A stretch of DNA of 64,000 nucleotides, from the NCBI GenBank assembly GCA_043719805.1, contig JAYSTI010000001.1, forward strand, positions 80,230 through 144,229, in the 5' to 3' direction. A model generated the notes under the pieces. That model made no database searches. It was not told the DNA's origin and saw nothing but the letters and a program-made list of their open reading frames with translations. Every line of letters starts with the position of its first letter. Within the stretch, counting starts at the first letter, position 1. This document shows positions 9,494 through 19,650 of this stretch, in pieces. The translations under genes were made by a program, and so were the position numbers. Source of the stretch: Candidatus Lloydbacteria bacterium (GTDB taxonomy: Bacteria; Patescibacteriota; Minisyncoccia; Phycocordibacterales; UBA6899).

Positions 9494-9643
9494 GTGGACA
9501 CAAAAGCAATCCCCGGAACCGGGAAAACGAAGGTCGTTCGTCGGTTCATGCCGAAGATGACCCGCCGCGAATTCTTGTCGTGGTGCCGACAAAACCCGCG
9601 GCGTCTTATCCGCGAACTGGTGCGCGTTACCACGGGATACTGA
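9494..9643 (+). CDS. Small basic protein (49 aa)
   Basis: AAGGAG SD before GTG; MDTKAIPGTGKTKVVRRF... Confidence 0.5.
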   Translation: MDTKAIPGTGKTKVVRRFMPKMTRREFLSWCRQNPRRLIRELVRVTTGY

Positions 9644-9728
9644 AGGGCCCAAAGGGTCCCTCAACCCACGGCAGCCTTCATTGGTTGCCGTTCTTTTTTA
9701 CCTTAATTACGATATACTACAGAGACAA

Positions 9729-9983
9729 ATGCCACCATCACCCTTCATGTTAGGAGAAATAGGACTTCAAATAACCATCTCGCCGATGTTCATCTTTATC
9801 GTTGCTGGACTTATTCTCGCCGGATGGCTTATCTTCACCACCATTGTTCGCTACCACTGGAAGAGCTACGGTACGGGTGGGGTACAAATATTCACCATGA
9901 ATTTCTTCTATATTTCAGGATCAGCCATCCTTGGCGGGCTCATGATATTATCCGCGGTTTCGTATTTCATCTCCGCACAATGA
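9729..9983 (+). CDS. Small two-TM membrane protein
   Basis: Hydrophobic helices flanking YHWKSYG; overlaps next gene (ATGA). Confidence 0.7.
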   Translation: MPPSPFMLGEIGLQITISPMFIFIVAGLILAGWLIFTTIVRYHWKSYGTGGVQIFTMNFFYISGSAILGGLMILSAVSYFISAQ

Positions 9984-10564
9984 TTGAGATAGACGACAGT
10001 GAAAAAATAATTCGCGTCGTACGCAGGCACTGGTTCGTCCTCCTTGGAGATATTTTCATTCTAGCGTTTTTCTTCATGTTACCGGTCGTCGGACTTATCG
10101 TTTTTCATATCATTCCCACTGAGGCGCTCCTCCATTTTGCCGGCAATCAAGCATATGCCGCCTTTTTCTTTCTGTTCGCGTGGCTCTTTGTTGTCTGGAT
10201 GATGGGTTGGAACATGTGGACGGATTACTATCTTGACGTACTCATCATCACCGACAAGCGTATCTTCGATATCAACCAAATTGGGCTTTTCCGACGCGAA
10301 TCTTCTTCTTTCCGCATCGACAAAATTCAAAACGTGAGCGTCAATCAGGTCGGCATCATTCAAACGTTACTCGATTTTGGGACGATAAAATTGGAAACCG
10401 CAGGAGAGAGCGAGGACTTCACCGCTAGTTACATCGCCAACCCATACGAAATCAAAAAATTTATCAACGAGAGCCAGGACCGCGAGGTTGAGCGCTCACA
10501 ACTCGTACATCTCGCTCGAGAAGGAACAGAAAAACTCACCGACTCGGATAGTAAAGGACTCTAA
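9980..10564 (+). CDS. Membrane protein with bacterial PH domain (bPH_2-like)
   Basis: RRHWF, two TMs, IITDKRIFDINQIGLF...IQNVSV..G..TLLDFGTIKLETAG. Confidence 0.8.
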   Translation: MIEIDDSEKIIRVVRRHWFVLLGDIFILAFFFMLPVVGLIVFHIIPTEALLHFAGNQAYAAFFFLFAWLFVVWMMGWNMWTDYYLDVLIITDKRIFDINQIGLFRRESSSFRIDKIQNVSVNQVGIIQTLLDFGTIKLETAGESEDFTASYIANPYEIKKFINESQDREVERSQLVHLAREGTEKLTDSDSKGL

Positions 10565-10573
10565 TTTAATACC

Positions 10574-12619
10574 ATGAACAAAAAACAACAGCCGCCGGCG
10601 CAAAAAAGGCCCGCGCACAAAAAGGGTGGGTTTGATCACCGACAAAAAACCGTGCACATGGGCAGTAGCCCGACGCCGCACACAAAATTTCCGACGAAGC
10701 ATGCCGTAGAGGGCACTATTCGTGTCAACGCAAAAGGCGTGGGCTACGTTGAAGTTGAAGGAATGAAAGAAGATATTGAGATTGACGGAACAAGTTTGAA
10801 TACAGCACTCGACAGAGACCGCGTGAAAATAGTGCTCTACGGAAAATCGGCCAATGCACGCCAGGGCGGCGAGGTCACGGAAATTCTCTTTCGCAACAAA
10901 ACCAAATTCGTTGGCGTGCTGGAGATGAACGGAGGCAGCTATTTTTTGCAACCGGACGATTTCAAAATGTACCGCACGATACTTATCCCCGCGGAGATGC
11001 TGAGCGGTGCACAGGTGGGGCAAAAAATATTCGTGAACATGAAAGAATGGAATGACCCCAAGTTCGATCCGACCGGAGAGGTCATCAAAATTCTCGGGAA
11101 GCCGGACGAGCACAACGTTGAGATGGAAGCCATTGTCCTCGAGCGTGGTTTCGACATGTCGTTTGACCTCGATGTCACGGAGGCGGCAGAGCAAATTCCC
11201 CTCGCAATTCCGAGTGAGGAAATTGCCCGTCGCATCGCCTCCCCTATCGGGCGGGACTTCCGTGACACACTGACCTTCACCATCGACCCGCATGACGCAA
11301 AAGATTTCGACGACGCACTGTCGTGGAAGAAGCTCCCGGACGGAAACATCGAGGTGGGCGTCCATATTGCAGACGTTTCACATTACGTGACACCACACAC
11401 ACGACTCGACAAAGAAGCCGTCGAGCGTGGTACTTCTATCTACCTCGTCGACCGCACTATTCCCATGCTCCCCGAGCGACTCAGTAACGGCATTTGCTCA
11501 CTTGTCCCCAATGAGGACCGCCTCACATTTTCTACAGTCTTTACGATGAGTAAATCCGGTGAAGTACTCGGCGAATGGTTCGGAAAAACCATCATTCATT
11601 CACAACGACGATTCTCTTATGAAGAGGCGCAAGAAGTCATCGACAAAAAAAGCGGTGACTGCGTCGAGGCCCTCCTCTCGCTGAATGACATGGCCAAACA
11701 TATCCGCACGAAGCGCATTGCCGACGGCGCAATCGCATTTGAAACACAGGAAGTAAAGTTCGAGCTCGACCCAAACGGTAAGCCGCTTCGTGTCATGAAG
11801 AAGGTCACCCAAGACACCAACAAGCTCATCGAGGAATACATGTTGCTCGCAAACAAGCATGTCGCCTCGCTCATCGCACAAAAAGACACGCGCGCCGAGA
11901 TGGTGTTCGTCTATCGCGTCCACGATGCACCGAACGAGGAGCGAATGCAAGACCTGCGCGATTTTCTCATGGGTATCGGCTACGACCTGAAACTCGATAA
12001 ATTTGGACAAGTGACCTCGAAGAACATCAATAAGATGCTCGAGGAAGTGCGCGGACGCGCAGAAGAAGCGATGATACAAATAGCTACCATTCGCTCAATG
12101 GCGAAGGCGGTATATGCAACAAAAAATATCGGGCACTTCGGTCTGGGTTTTGAATTCTATACACACTTCACCTCCCCCATCCGCCGCTACCCCGACCTCA
12201 TGGTGCACAGGCTTCTCGAAAGCTATCTCTTGGGCCACACCGTACCGAAAAAGGCACTCGAAGAGCAAGAGCATCTCTCACGCTATTGCTCGCAGATGGA
12301 AGTCGGCGCAGCAGAGGCCGAGCGCGCATCTATCCGCTACAAACAATGCGAATATTTTGCCGACCGCATCGGACTCGAGCTTGCGGGAACTATTTCCGGA
12401 GTCACCGAATGGGGCATCTACGTTGAGGACCCCGAGACCAAGACCGAGGGCATGGTGCACGTGCGCGACATCCCCAACGACTTTTATTTCTTTGAACAGA
12501 AAAATTATCGCCTTGTCGGAAAAACACACAAAAAATCCTATCGCCTTGGCGATAAGGTCCGGGTGAAAATTGCCACTGTTGATCTCAAAAAGAAATTGAT
12601 CGGAATGAAGCTCATTTGA
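10574..12619 (+). CDS. rnr: Ribonuclease R
   Basis: TIDPHDAKDFDDALS, HIADVSHYV, YTHFTSPIRRYPDL, C-terminal S1 domain. Confidence 0.96.
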   Translation: MNKKQQPPAQKRPAHKKGGFDHRQKTVHMGSSPTPHTKFPTKHAVEGTIRVNAKGVGYVEVEGMKEDIEIDGTSLNTALDRDRVKIVLYGKSANARQGGEVTEILFRNKTKFVGVLEMNGGSYFLQPDDFKMYRTILIPAEMLSGAQVGQKIFVNMKEWNDPKFDPTGEVIKILGKPDEHNVEMEAIVLERGFDMSFDLDVTEAAEQIPLAIPSEEIARRIASPIGRDFRDTLTFTIDPHDAKDFDDALSWKKLPDGNIEVGVHIADVSHYVTPHTRLDKEAVERGTSIYLVDRTIPMLPERLSNGICSLVPNEDRLTFSTVFTMSKSGEVLGEWFGKTIIHSQRRFSYEEAQEVIDKKSGDCVEALLSLNDMAKHIRTKRIADGAIAFETQEVKFELDPNGKPLRVMKKVTQDTNKLIEEYMLLANKHVASLIAQKDTRAEMVFVYRVHDAPNEERMQDLRDFLMGIGYDLKLDKFGQVTSKNINKMLEEVRGRAEEAMIQIATIRSMAKAVYATKNIGHFGLGFEFYTHFTSPIRRYPDLMVHRLLESYLLGHTVPKKALEEQEHLSRYCSQMEVGAAEAERASIRYKQCEYFADRIGLELAGTISGVTEWGIYVEDPETKTEGMVHVRDIPNDFYFFEQKNYRLVGKTHKKSYRLGDKVRVKIATVDLKKKLIGMKLI

Positions 12620-12696
12620 GTGAAGTTTGGAGCGCAGCCTCATGCGGCATTCACAAAAAGAAAAACAGGCAAATTTGCCTGTGGTGCCCTCTATGC

Positions 12697-13335
12697 CTAT
12701 ATGGTAAGAATGTTCGCCTCATACAATGCTGACACCAACGGTGCTCTGTCGGGATTGAGCTCGTGCATCAATCTACGAATCTCTGCGCCATCGAGCATTC
12801 TTGTCTCGCCGAATTTGTCATTCACGCGATGCAATGCATCGTACACATCAGCGAGCGCGACGATCCGTGCATATTCCCCAATAAGCAATTGCGTACTTGG
12901 CGAATAGTCATGAAGAAATTTCGGCAAGTTTTTCGGATATCCATTCTCTTGGAATGAGTGATGTCTCACCATCGTGTCTGCGGTGAAATCAAACCTCCCA
13001 CGGAGCAAGCGGTATCCGTCCATCACGTGGCCCCTGATTGCACGCTGGTCCGCCTTTGACCACCGCTCCGTTTTCCCGAGTACGTGAGTGCATACCTGGC
13101 ACTTCCCCAAGTCGTGCAGTACTCCGGCCATGAGCAGTGGGCGTTCCTCGTGATGAGTAAACCTCCCGATTTTTTGAGCGAGGAGCCCTACGCGGAGCGA
13201 GTGTAAATAGTGCACGTGCGTGACGACGCTTTTGTCACGCAACGGAGCAAGGAACGCAAAAAGTGCGCGTTGGTTCTCTTCACTGATTCTGACATCGGCA
13301 CACGCGGCTTCAAATTCTACTTCGGTGTCACCCAT
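12697..13335 (-). CDS. Stand-alone HD-GYP-like phosphohydrolase
   Basis: HSLRV, LHDLGK, HH...NGYP, ALADVYDAL motifs. Confidence 0.8.
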   Translation of the reverse strand: MGDTEVEFEAACADVRISEENQRALFAFLAPLRDKSVVTHVHYLHSLRVGLLAQKIGRFTHHEERPLLMAGVLHDLGKCQVCTHVLGKTERWSKADQRAIRGHVMDGYRLLRGRFDFTADTMVRHHSFQENGYPKNLPKFLHDYSPSTQLLIGEYARIVALADVYDALHRVNDKFGETRMLDGAEIRRLMHELNPDRAPLVSALYEANILTI

Positions 13336-13450
13336 GAACTACTCCCAATGCTACTGTCTGTTTTTAAGCTAACACGAGTTATCGTGTTTGGCAAATAATT
13401 GCAAGAAAAAACCCGCTCCATCGGCAGGTTTTTGTTTTTGAGACAATCAG

Positions 13451-13801
13451 CTATTTCTTCGGGGTTTTTCGGTTGAGGAGAATGATTCGTCCGTGTAGCT
13501 GCATCATCTGCCTGCTCGCTTTTCCTTCATGGGTGTCCATAAGCTTCACCGATACGTAGTGATGCTCCGCGCGCAACAATCTATCGATTGAATCATGTCC
13601 GACCAGCTGTGCGGCACGCACGTCGTTGGCATGCTCACAGGCATTGTATGCTGCCGCATCGCGCACTTTCAGATGCACATCGCAGGAAGTTCCAGCGCCC
13701 TGGATGATGCGAGCAATCTCGATCGCGACCGCCGGACGTACGTCAGTTATCATCGCCCGACGAAAGGACTCGTCGAAAGCGACAAAAAAAGAATTTTTCA
13801 C
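13451..13801 (-). CDS. Hypothetical protein
   Basis: 116-aa ORF followed by terminator-like hairpin; start uncertain. Confidence 0.45.
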   Translation of the reverse strand: MKNSFFVAFDESFRRAMITDVRPAVAIEIARIIQGAGTSCDVHLKVRDAAAYNACEHANDVRAAQLVGHDSIDRLLRAEHHYVSVKLMDTHEGKASRQMMQLHGRIILLNRKTPKK

Positions 13802-14081
13802 CTCCCACCTGCTTCATCTGTGTTTGCAGAAATACAAATGGGTCCAAATTTCCCGTACAAATTACCGGGGTTGCGACAATCCCCGCTTTCAAAAGTAATT
13901 CTTTTGTGACCTCTGCCGCCTGCACATCTCGAGCCAAGCGCCAGTCACTTGCCCCGAAGATGAGACCGCACTCTCTATCCTGAGGGGCCGTGGAGGCATT
14001 CTCTGTTGCAAATGCAGGTACCGACAAGATGAGAGCAGCGATCATCACGAATGTCCGAATCATCATTATTCCCTTTAACAA
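13743..14081 (-). CDS. Hypothetical secreted protein
   Basis: Signal-peptide-like MIRTFVMIAALILSVPAFA. Confidence 0.5.
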   Translation of the reverse strand: MLKGIMMIRTFVMIAALILSVPAFATENASTAPQDRECGLIFGASDWRLARDVQAAEVTKELLLKAGIVATPVICTGNLDPFVFLQTQMKQVGGEKFFFCRFRRVLSSGDDN

Positions 14082-14195
14082 AGTCTGTCTAGAAGATTAT
14101 CATAGTGATCAGAATTCTCAAAAACATCCCGATACGCTGAGGTGGGGAGGTAAGATAGCGGATAAAAAAACACCTTATTGAAAAGGTGTTCTACA

Positions 14196-14555
14196 TCAGG
14201 AAAAGAAATATGCCGCGATCTTTCCCGCGATGAGGATGACGAGAAAGATTGCTCCCATCGGTCTGCGGAACATGTCCGCCCACAAGTCTGCATAACGCAT
14301 CCATGAAAGCGGGAATGTTCCGATGCAATCGTTGTTCGCCCAAGCGAGACGCTTCTTTTCGCGTCGGTCAAAGTAACGATTCGAAGCGCTTCCGCACGCG
14401 CCAATGATGCCCGCCTCGAGGACAACAAAGAGAAGTGACGAGTGGTATCCGAGAAGAAAGGAAAACACCCATAGGCAGATGAGGTCAAAGATGACCGTCA
14501 AGAGGAGCAACTCATTGTCACGTGCGGAAAAAAAATACCAAAGCGTTGAAATCAT
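14196..14555 (-). CDS. Hypothetical membrane protein
   Basis: Three hydrophobic segments from MISTLWYFF; terminator-like hairpin downstream. Confidence 0.5.
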   Translation of the reverse strand: MISTLWYFFSARDNELLLLTVIFDLICLWVFSFLLGYHSSLLFVVLEAGIIGACGSASNRYFDRREKKRLAWANNDCIGTFPLSWMRYADLWADMFRRPMGAIFLVILIAGKIAAYFFS

Positions 14556-14692
14556 GGGGGCGCACTCCAGGGAACTTACTATATTTAGGCTATCAAATAT
14601 TAGTAATATCGTCGACCTGAGAGCTTGATTGAAGCGCAAGTTACCATTACAATTGCTCAAGACTTGTTTTTCCAACGTTTTCAACGAGAAGG

Positions 14693-14953
14693 ATGGATTT
14701 GATGAAGAAAGACCAAGGGCCAATCGTATTGGTTGTCCGTAGCGGCCATCGGACCACGAAGGCCATCCTGGCAATCCTCAATCGCGCCGAATGCGTTGTC
14801 GGCGAACCCGGAGAAAGCACACTCAGGCTCGTCGGCTACGAAGAAGGCAACGCCCATGCGGACATCGCCATGATCCAGTACACCGAGCCGGGTATGCGGG
14901 TGCGGTACCTGGAAGCACTGATGAAGGTTGGTGGCGTCGACGCCGCTGGATGA
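14693..14953 (+). CDS. Hypothetical protein
   Basis: 86-aa ORF, GC-rich codon usage, terminator CCCGCAACCGCGGG downstream. Confidence 0.55.
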   Translation: MDLMKKDQGPIVLVVRSGHRTTKAILAILNRAECVVGEPGESTLRLVGYEEGNAHADIAMIQYTEPGMRVRYLEALMKVGGVDAAG

Positions 14954-15089
14954 AACACGAAGACCCCGCAACCGCGGGATCTATTTTTTAGATAAAGTGA
15001 GATCAAAATATAATTCCGCCCACTTCTTTGATGTCCCCCTTCTTGCGGGAGCGATATGCCTTCCATTTTTTCCACGCTGCTCATTTGCT

Positions 15090-15644
15090 TTAACTAATTG
15101 CACCTGGAAACAATTCCTTGAAACGCTCCCGTGTTTCAATGTACCAGTCAGGAACTTCACCACCAGCAAATTCCTGCTCAGCTAATGCAAAGATGTCCTT
15201 GAACAGTTCAAGCCTTGAGAGATCGGACTTGAAGACAAATATGTCTGTAGACGACTGACTCCAATTACCATATTTACTATTATCGAATCGATTTTCATGT
15301 TGGTATCGCGTGTACAGTGCGTGGAATCTTGGATGCCCAATTTCAGAAAGAAACTCTCTTTGTGGAGGAGAGAAACTCATCTCTTGTGAATAATTTTCGC
15401 GATTTGCATCATCTACATTGTTTGCTTCTGGGCTAAATTTTTTCAACCACGCGAGATACTCGATTCGCTTATCGAGCTCCCCTTGATTTTTCGGTCCCGT
15501 TACCCACTCTCGTTCTTTTTGTGCTTCCTCAAGCTGCGAACAAATCGTCAGATACGGAGGAAAAACATCGGGAAACCCCGCTTCTCCTTCAGGAACAAGA
15601 ATATACGACTCATCATGATGCGGAACACCAAGTTCAATCGGCAT
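15090..15644 (-). CDS. Hypothetical protein
   Basis: AT-rich ORF, start MPIELG chosen. Confidence 0.6.
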   Translation of the reverse strand: MPIELGVPHHDESYILVPEGEAGFPDVFPPYLTICSQLEEAQKEREWVTGPKNQGELDKRIEYLAWLKKFSPEANNVDDANRENYSQEMSFSPPQREFLSEIGHPRFHALYTRYQHENRFDNSKYGNWSQSSTDIFVFKSDLSRLELFKDIFALAEQEFAGGEVPDWYIETRERFKELFPGAIS

Positions 15645-15855
15645 AGAAATATTGATTATATTTTTAACAGCACCACGCAAACAATGGAACCATTTCGTAA
15701 CGCTTGTATTAGTATACAACCCCATTACGATTTAGCAAATGCAGATAGTGTCGCACTGCATTGTGACGATGTTGGCTCTGCAAGAGAGACATATACTTTG
15801 AATATGTCCGCCGGACCACTCGCCAAAGTCAACAATGCAGTGCGTACAAGTAGAG

Positions 15856-15983
15856 AATAACTTTCGTTTTTGGATGAAGTTCGAGACGACAAATGTGTGA
15901 TGTTCGGGAGGGCATACGTTGAGTATGTCCTCCGAACTCGCGCATGCAGTCGACGAAGAAATTCGCCAAAAATGGAAGTTATT
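15856..15983 (+). repeat. Palindromic element family 1, copy C (overlaps smc stop codon)
   Basis: TTTTGGATGAAGTTCGAGACGAC ... GTCGACGAAGAAATTCGCCAAAA; apical GGCATAC-GTTGA-GTATGTC. Confidence 0.88.
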
Positions 15984-18246
15984 TTGCGATCTCGGCGGCT
16001 TCTTCGAATGCGAGGGAGAGGACTTTTGAAACAGCGTCCGTACCCATCGTGATGCCATAGAGGACTCCTGCACGACTCATCGTTTCGCGATTGTGCGTGA
16101 TGACCATCAGTTGTGAGAGTTTTGCGAGATTTTCTATCATATCCCCGTACTTGCGTGAGTTCGCCTCATCGAGTGCAGCGTCGGTCTCGTCCAAGACCAT
16201 AAATGGAGGAGGATTGACCTGAGAGATGGCAAAGAGGAGTGCGATGGACGTAAGCGCACGTTCTCCACCGGAAAGCATTTGAAGCCCTTTTATCTTCTTG
16301 TGCGGTAAGGACACGGCGATATCTATTCCCTCCTCGTCGTCTTCTTCATCGTCGGGAACGATATCCCCGGGCACGTCGGAAAGGTCGAGGTCGGTGTCAC
16401 GGCGTTTGCGTTTCTCTATTTTCACGATAAAGAGCTCGGCCACGCCGCCGCCGAACATAAGGCGGAAGAAATCCCCGAACTGATGATTGATCTTTTTTAC
16501 ACCGGACTTGAATTCTGTATCGAGCTTCACATTCAGCTCCGCGATGAGTTCGTAGAGTGACTGCTGAGTCTGCACGAGGTCGGCTATCTCTTTTTCGAGA
16601 TATGCGTCACGCTCGATGGTGTCGGTATATTCTTTCTCTGCATCATCGCCGCCCGCAGCGCCGATATCTTCGAGGCGTATCTTGCCGCGCTCAATCTCTC
16701 GTCTTCGTGTCTCCTGTGCATCGCGTGACTCTCCGCGTACTTCATCTACCGTGATCTGCACAGCAGAATAATCAAGGACTGCCTGTCCGAGAAGCACGCC
16801 TGCTTCGTTCAGCTCTTCTTCAAGGCGGCGGGACTCACGTGCGAGATTCTCTTCTTCGTTGCGCATGCGGTCGAGCGTGTTCTGGAGTTCACCGCGTCGC
16901 GACATCATCTCGAAAAGCGCACGCTCGGTGTCACGCGAGTATTCTTTTTCCTGGTCGATCTCGGACTTCACCGTCTGATACTCACCTTCCATAACTCGGG
17001 ATTCCTCCGCTACGCCACGAAGGGATTCATCCACCTTGGCCTTCTCCTCGCGGAGCACGTGCACCTCAAGATAGTCCGCATCGGTGAGCGTCTTCTGTCC
17101 GGCCTCGGTCTTATGATGTGCGATAAATCCGCGCACGGCGTCCCTGATGCGCCCGAGTGCCCCCTTGATGTAATTGACGTCGTCGGAACCTTCCGCATTC
17201 GACAGCTCTTGTTCGATGGTACTTTGGAGCCCCTCAACTTCGCCAAGCCGGATGGGTACGTCTTCCTGATGTGCAAATGACTCCTGCTTTTTGCGGAGCT
17301 GCTTCTCCTCGTATTCGATCATGCCCTCAACGCGTCCGAGTGTGCGCGAAAGCTCATCGTGACGCGCGCGTGCTCCACGAAGCCTCGATTCGACATCGAG
17401 CAATCGCTGACTCTTCTCATCGCCGGCACTTTCTTTTGCGAGCTCTCCGCGCGCATGCTCTATCTTCACATTCAGATCCGCGAGCTCTCCCGCGGGCACG
17501 TGCTTTCTCCCTGCGATATCATTTGTCTTGTATTCGCAATACATCTCCTCGCGTTTCAGATATTCGCGATAGAGGCCTATCAATCGCTCGCGCAGTTCCC
17601 GCCCTTCGTTTATCTTCTCGACTTGTTTTTTCAAAAATCGCAGATGCGGGGCAATCTCGCGGCGGAGCGCCTCTGCTTCTTTCATGTTCTCTTCCGTCTT
17701 CTCGAGCCTGCGCTCACTCTCTGCGCGTTTGTATTGGTATATTTTCAAACCCAGGGCATCCTCGAGCATTTCTCTTCGCTCTTTCGGATTGGCGTTCAGT
17801 ATGCGGTCTGCTTCGCCCTGCGAGATCATGTGGTGACCCGACGAACCGATATGCACTGAAGCAAGCAGCTCGAAGACGTCTTTCAATCGCACCTGCGAGC
17901 CGTTGATAAAATATTGATTGGTGCCGTCGCGGTACACCTCGCGTGCGATAGCGACCTCGTCGAAATCCAACGGAAATTCTCGTTTTGAATTGTCGAAGAC
18001 AATAGTGACGTTCGCCCGGTTTGCGCGACCCGCTGATTGGGAGCCGTTGAAGATGAGGTCTTCGCCGCGCTTCCCGCGCATCGACTTCATGGACTGCTCA
18101 CCAAGCACAAAGCGTATACCTTCGGCGATGTTGGACTTACCGGAACCATTCGGGCCGACGACTGAGGTGATCTGCGAGTTGAATTCCAAAACCACCTTTT
18201 TTCCAAAAGACTTGAAGCCGAACAGTTCCAACCGTTTCAGTCTCAT
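15979..18246 (-). CDS. smc: SMC family chromosome segregation ATPase, short form apparently lacking the hinge
   Basis: GFKSF, GPNGSGKSN Walker A, ISQG, LSGGE, LDETDAALD, ITHN; only 755 aa. Confidence 0.92.
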   Translation of the reverse strand: MRLKRLELFGFKSFGKKVVLEFNSQITSVVGPNGSGKSNIAEGIRFVLGEQSMKSMRGKRGEDLIFNGSQSAGRANRANVTIVFDNSKREFPLDFDEVAIAREVYRDGTNQYFINGSQVRLKDVFELLASVHIGSSGHHMISQGEADRILNANPKERREMLEDALGLKIYQYKRAESERRLEKTEENMKEAEALRREIAPHLRFLKKQVEKINEGRELRERLIGLYREYLKREEMYCEYKTNDIAGRKHVPAGELADLNVKIEHARGELAKESAGDEKSQRLLDVESRLRGARARHDELSRTLGRVEGMIEYEEKQLRKKQESFAHQEDVPIRLGEVEGLQSTIEQELSNAEGSDDVNYIKGALGRIRDAVRGFIAHHKTEAGQKTLTDADYLEVHVLREEKAKVDESLRGVAEESRVMEGEYQTVKSEIDQEKEYSRDTERALFEMMSRRGELQNTLDRMRNEEENLARESRRLEEELNEAGVLLGQAVLDYSAVQITVDEVRGESRDAQETRRREIERGKIRLEDIGAAGGDDAEKEYTDTIERDAYLEKEIADLVQTQQSLYELIAELNVKLDTEFKSGVKKINHQFGDFFRLMFGGGVAELFIVKIEKRKRRDTDLDLSDVPGDIVPDDEEDDEEGIDIAVSLPHKKIKGLQMLSGGERALTSIALLFAISQVNPPPFMVLDETDAALDEANSRKYGDMIENLAKLSQLMVITHNRETMSRAGVLYGITMGTDAVSKVLSLAFEEAAEIAK

Positions 18247-18248
18247 AC

Positions 18249-18380
18249 AATAGAACTTTCATATTTGGCGAATTTCTTCGTTGCCAGCGGTCGTGAGTCT
18301 CCTAAACGTAATAACACATACGTCTCGGAGACATCACTTCCTTGCCGCCTCAAACTTCATCCAACTCTGAAAGTTCTATT
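18249..18380 (-). repeat. Palindromic element family 1, copy D (immediately upstream of smc ATG)
   Basis: IR AATAGAACTTTCA/TGAAAGTTCTATT; minus strand GGATGAAGTTTGAGGCGGC ... GGCAACGAAGAAATTCGCC. Confidence 0.88.
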
Positions 18381-18693
18381 ATTTTAGCACGTTATTTCGG
18401 ATTGCGGCCTAAAAACTGGGGAAAAGAGCAAATAGGAAAGCCGTCTTGGGAGACGGCTTCTCGTGACAGCCTTCTGGGCTTTTTGGACGGATTCACTCCA
18501 CGATACACGCGGCCCGGTGCTCGTGGTCCCCGTTTCATTTCAGTTCATGTTCTCATTGATTGGCCAACTCCTTTGTAGGAATGTTCCGAAGAACGGTGTT
18601 TGACAATGATAGCACGATATCTATCTTCTGTCAAGCATTTATCGGAATGAAAAAACCGGGGCAACGCGCTCCGGTCTGTGAATCTGTCTTTGC

Positions 18694-19551
18694 TCAGGCA
18701 GTGATGAGTGTCGTGTAGTAGGGCTTCCCGACGCCGACTTCGCCATGCACGTTTTTCTCGTCGACGAAAAGAACTTCGTGCCCCGCACTCCGTGCGACAA
18801 ACTTGATGAGGCCACGAGGACATTTTTCGCCGAGGACGACCGCTTCAGACTGCGCGAGCAGTGAATCAGTGTGCGCGGAAAAAAAGTGCGGCCGCATGAG
18901 GAACAGTTGAAGCATCTGATGCAACGACATGTGGGTGCATCCACTGCGCTTCACCGACTCGTCGGCACGTGCGATGGAAACATCCTTCAGCCCGCGTCCC
19001 CCGTTTATCCCGACGAGGATGTATGGGGTTTCGGGAGAAGCTTTTCCGTTTGCGCGTACTTCAGTGTGCAAGGTATCAAATTCGACGGAAATATCCCCGC
19101 CCAAGAATTCCGCCAACAGTCGGCGGACCGGGACCATGCGTTCCGGGAGAACCAAGAGCAGGGTGTATTCCCCGTCACGCATCGGATGCTTTGACGGATA
19201 CTCGAAAAATGTTTCCGCGCGAAGAACGAGTGGTGCGAGTGCAAATCGGAATGACTCCTCCGTGTACCCCGCGACATCGTGAAGGCCGAGCGCGATGTAT
19301 CGATCGATCTGCTCTTCGAGTCGCGTAGAAACGTACTCGAGGGTTTGCTCGTGGTAATTGACTTCGACCGCATCTGCGACCGCACGGACGAGAGACATCG
19401 CCATCTTGGGATTCGGGCGCCCGTCCCTGTCGTGCGCAAACTGGTACCGGTCGATCACCTGGGTGATCTCGGCCACAAGCCGCTGATGAATGTCGCTGAA
19501 ACTTTGATCACTCGACACTGCGGTGAGTGTGGGTTTTCTGCCATCGGACAT
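18694..19551 (-). CDS. Hypothetical protein, DUF5701-like
   Basis: LGLHDVAGYTEESF..LAPL, LLLVLP, PYILVGINGG pattern recalls DUF5701; SD AAGGAG. Confidence 0.6.
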   Translation of the reverse strand: MSDGRKPTLTAVSSDQSFSDIHQRLVAEITQVIDRYQFAHDRDGRPNPKMAMSLVRAVADAVEVNYHEQTLEYVSTRLEEQIDRYIALGLHDVAGYTEESFRFALAPLVLRAETFFEYPSKHPMRDGEYTLLLVLPERMVPVRRLLAEFLGGDISVEFDTLHTEVRANGKASPETPYILVGINGGRGLKDVSIARADESVKRSGCTHMSLHQMLQLFLMRPHFFSAHTDSLLAQSEAVVLGEKCPRGLIKFVARSAGHEVLFVDEKNVHGEVGVGKPYYTTLITA

Positions 19552-19650
19552 TACTGTCTCCTTCATGAAATGTGCCTTCGCTCTGATTCGCACATTACTA
19601 TACAGGACGCAGTACGTCAAAGACCGAAGGAGGTAACGACCGAAATTCGA

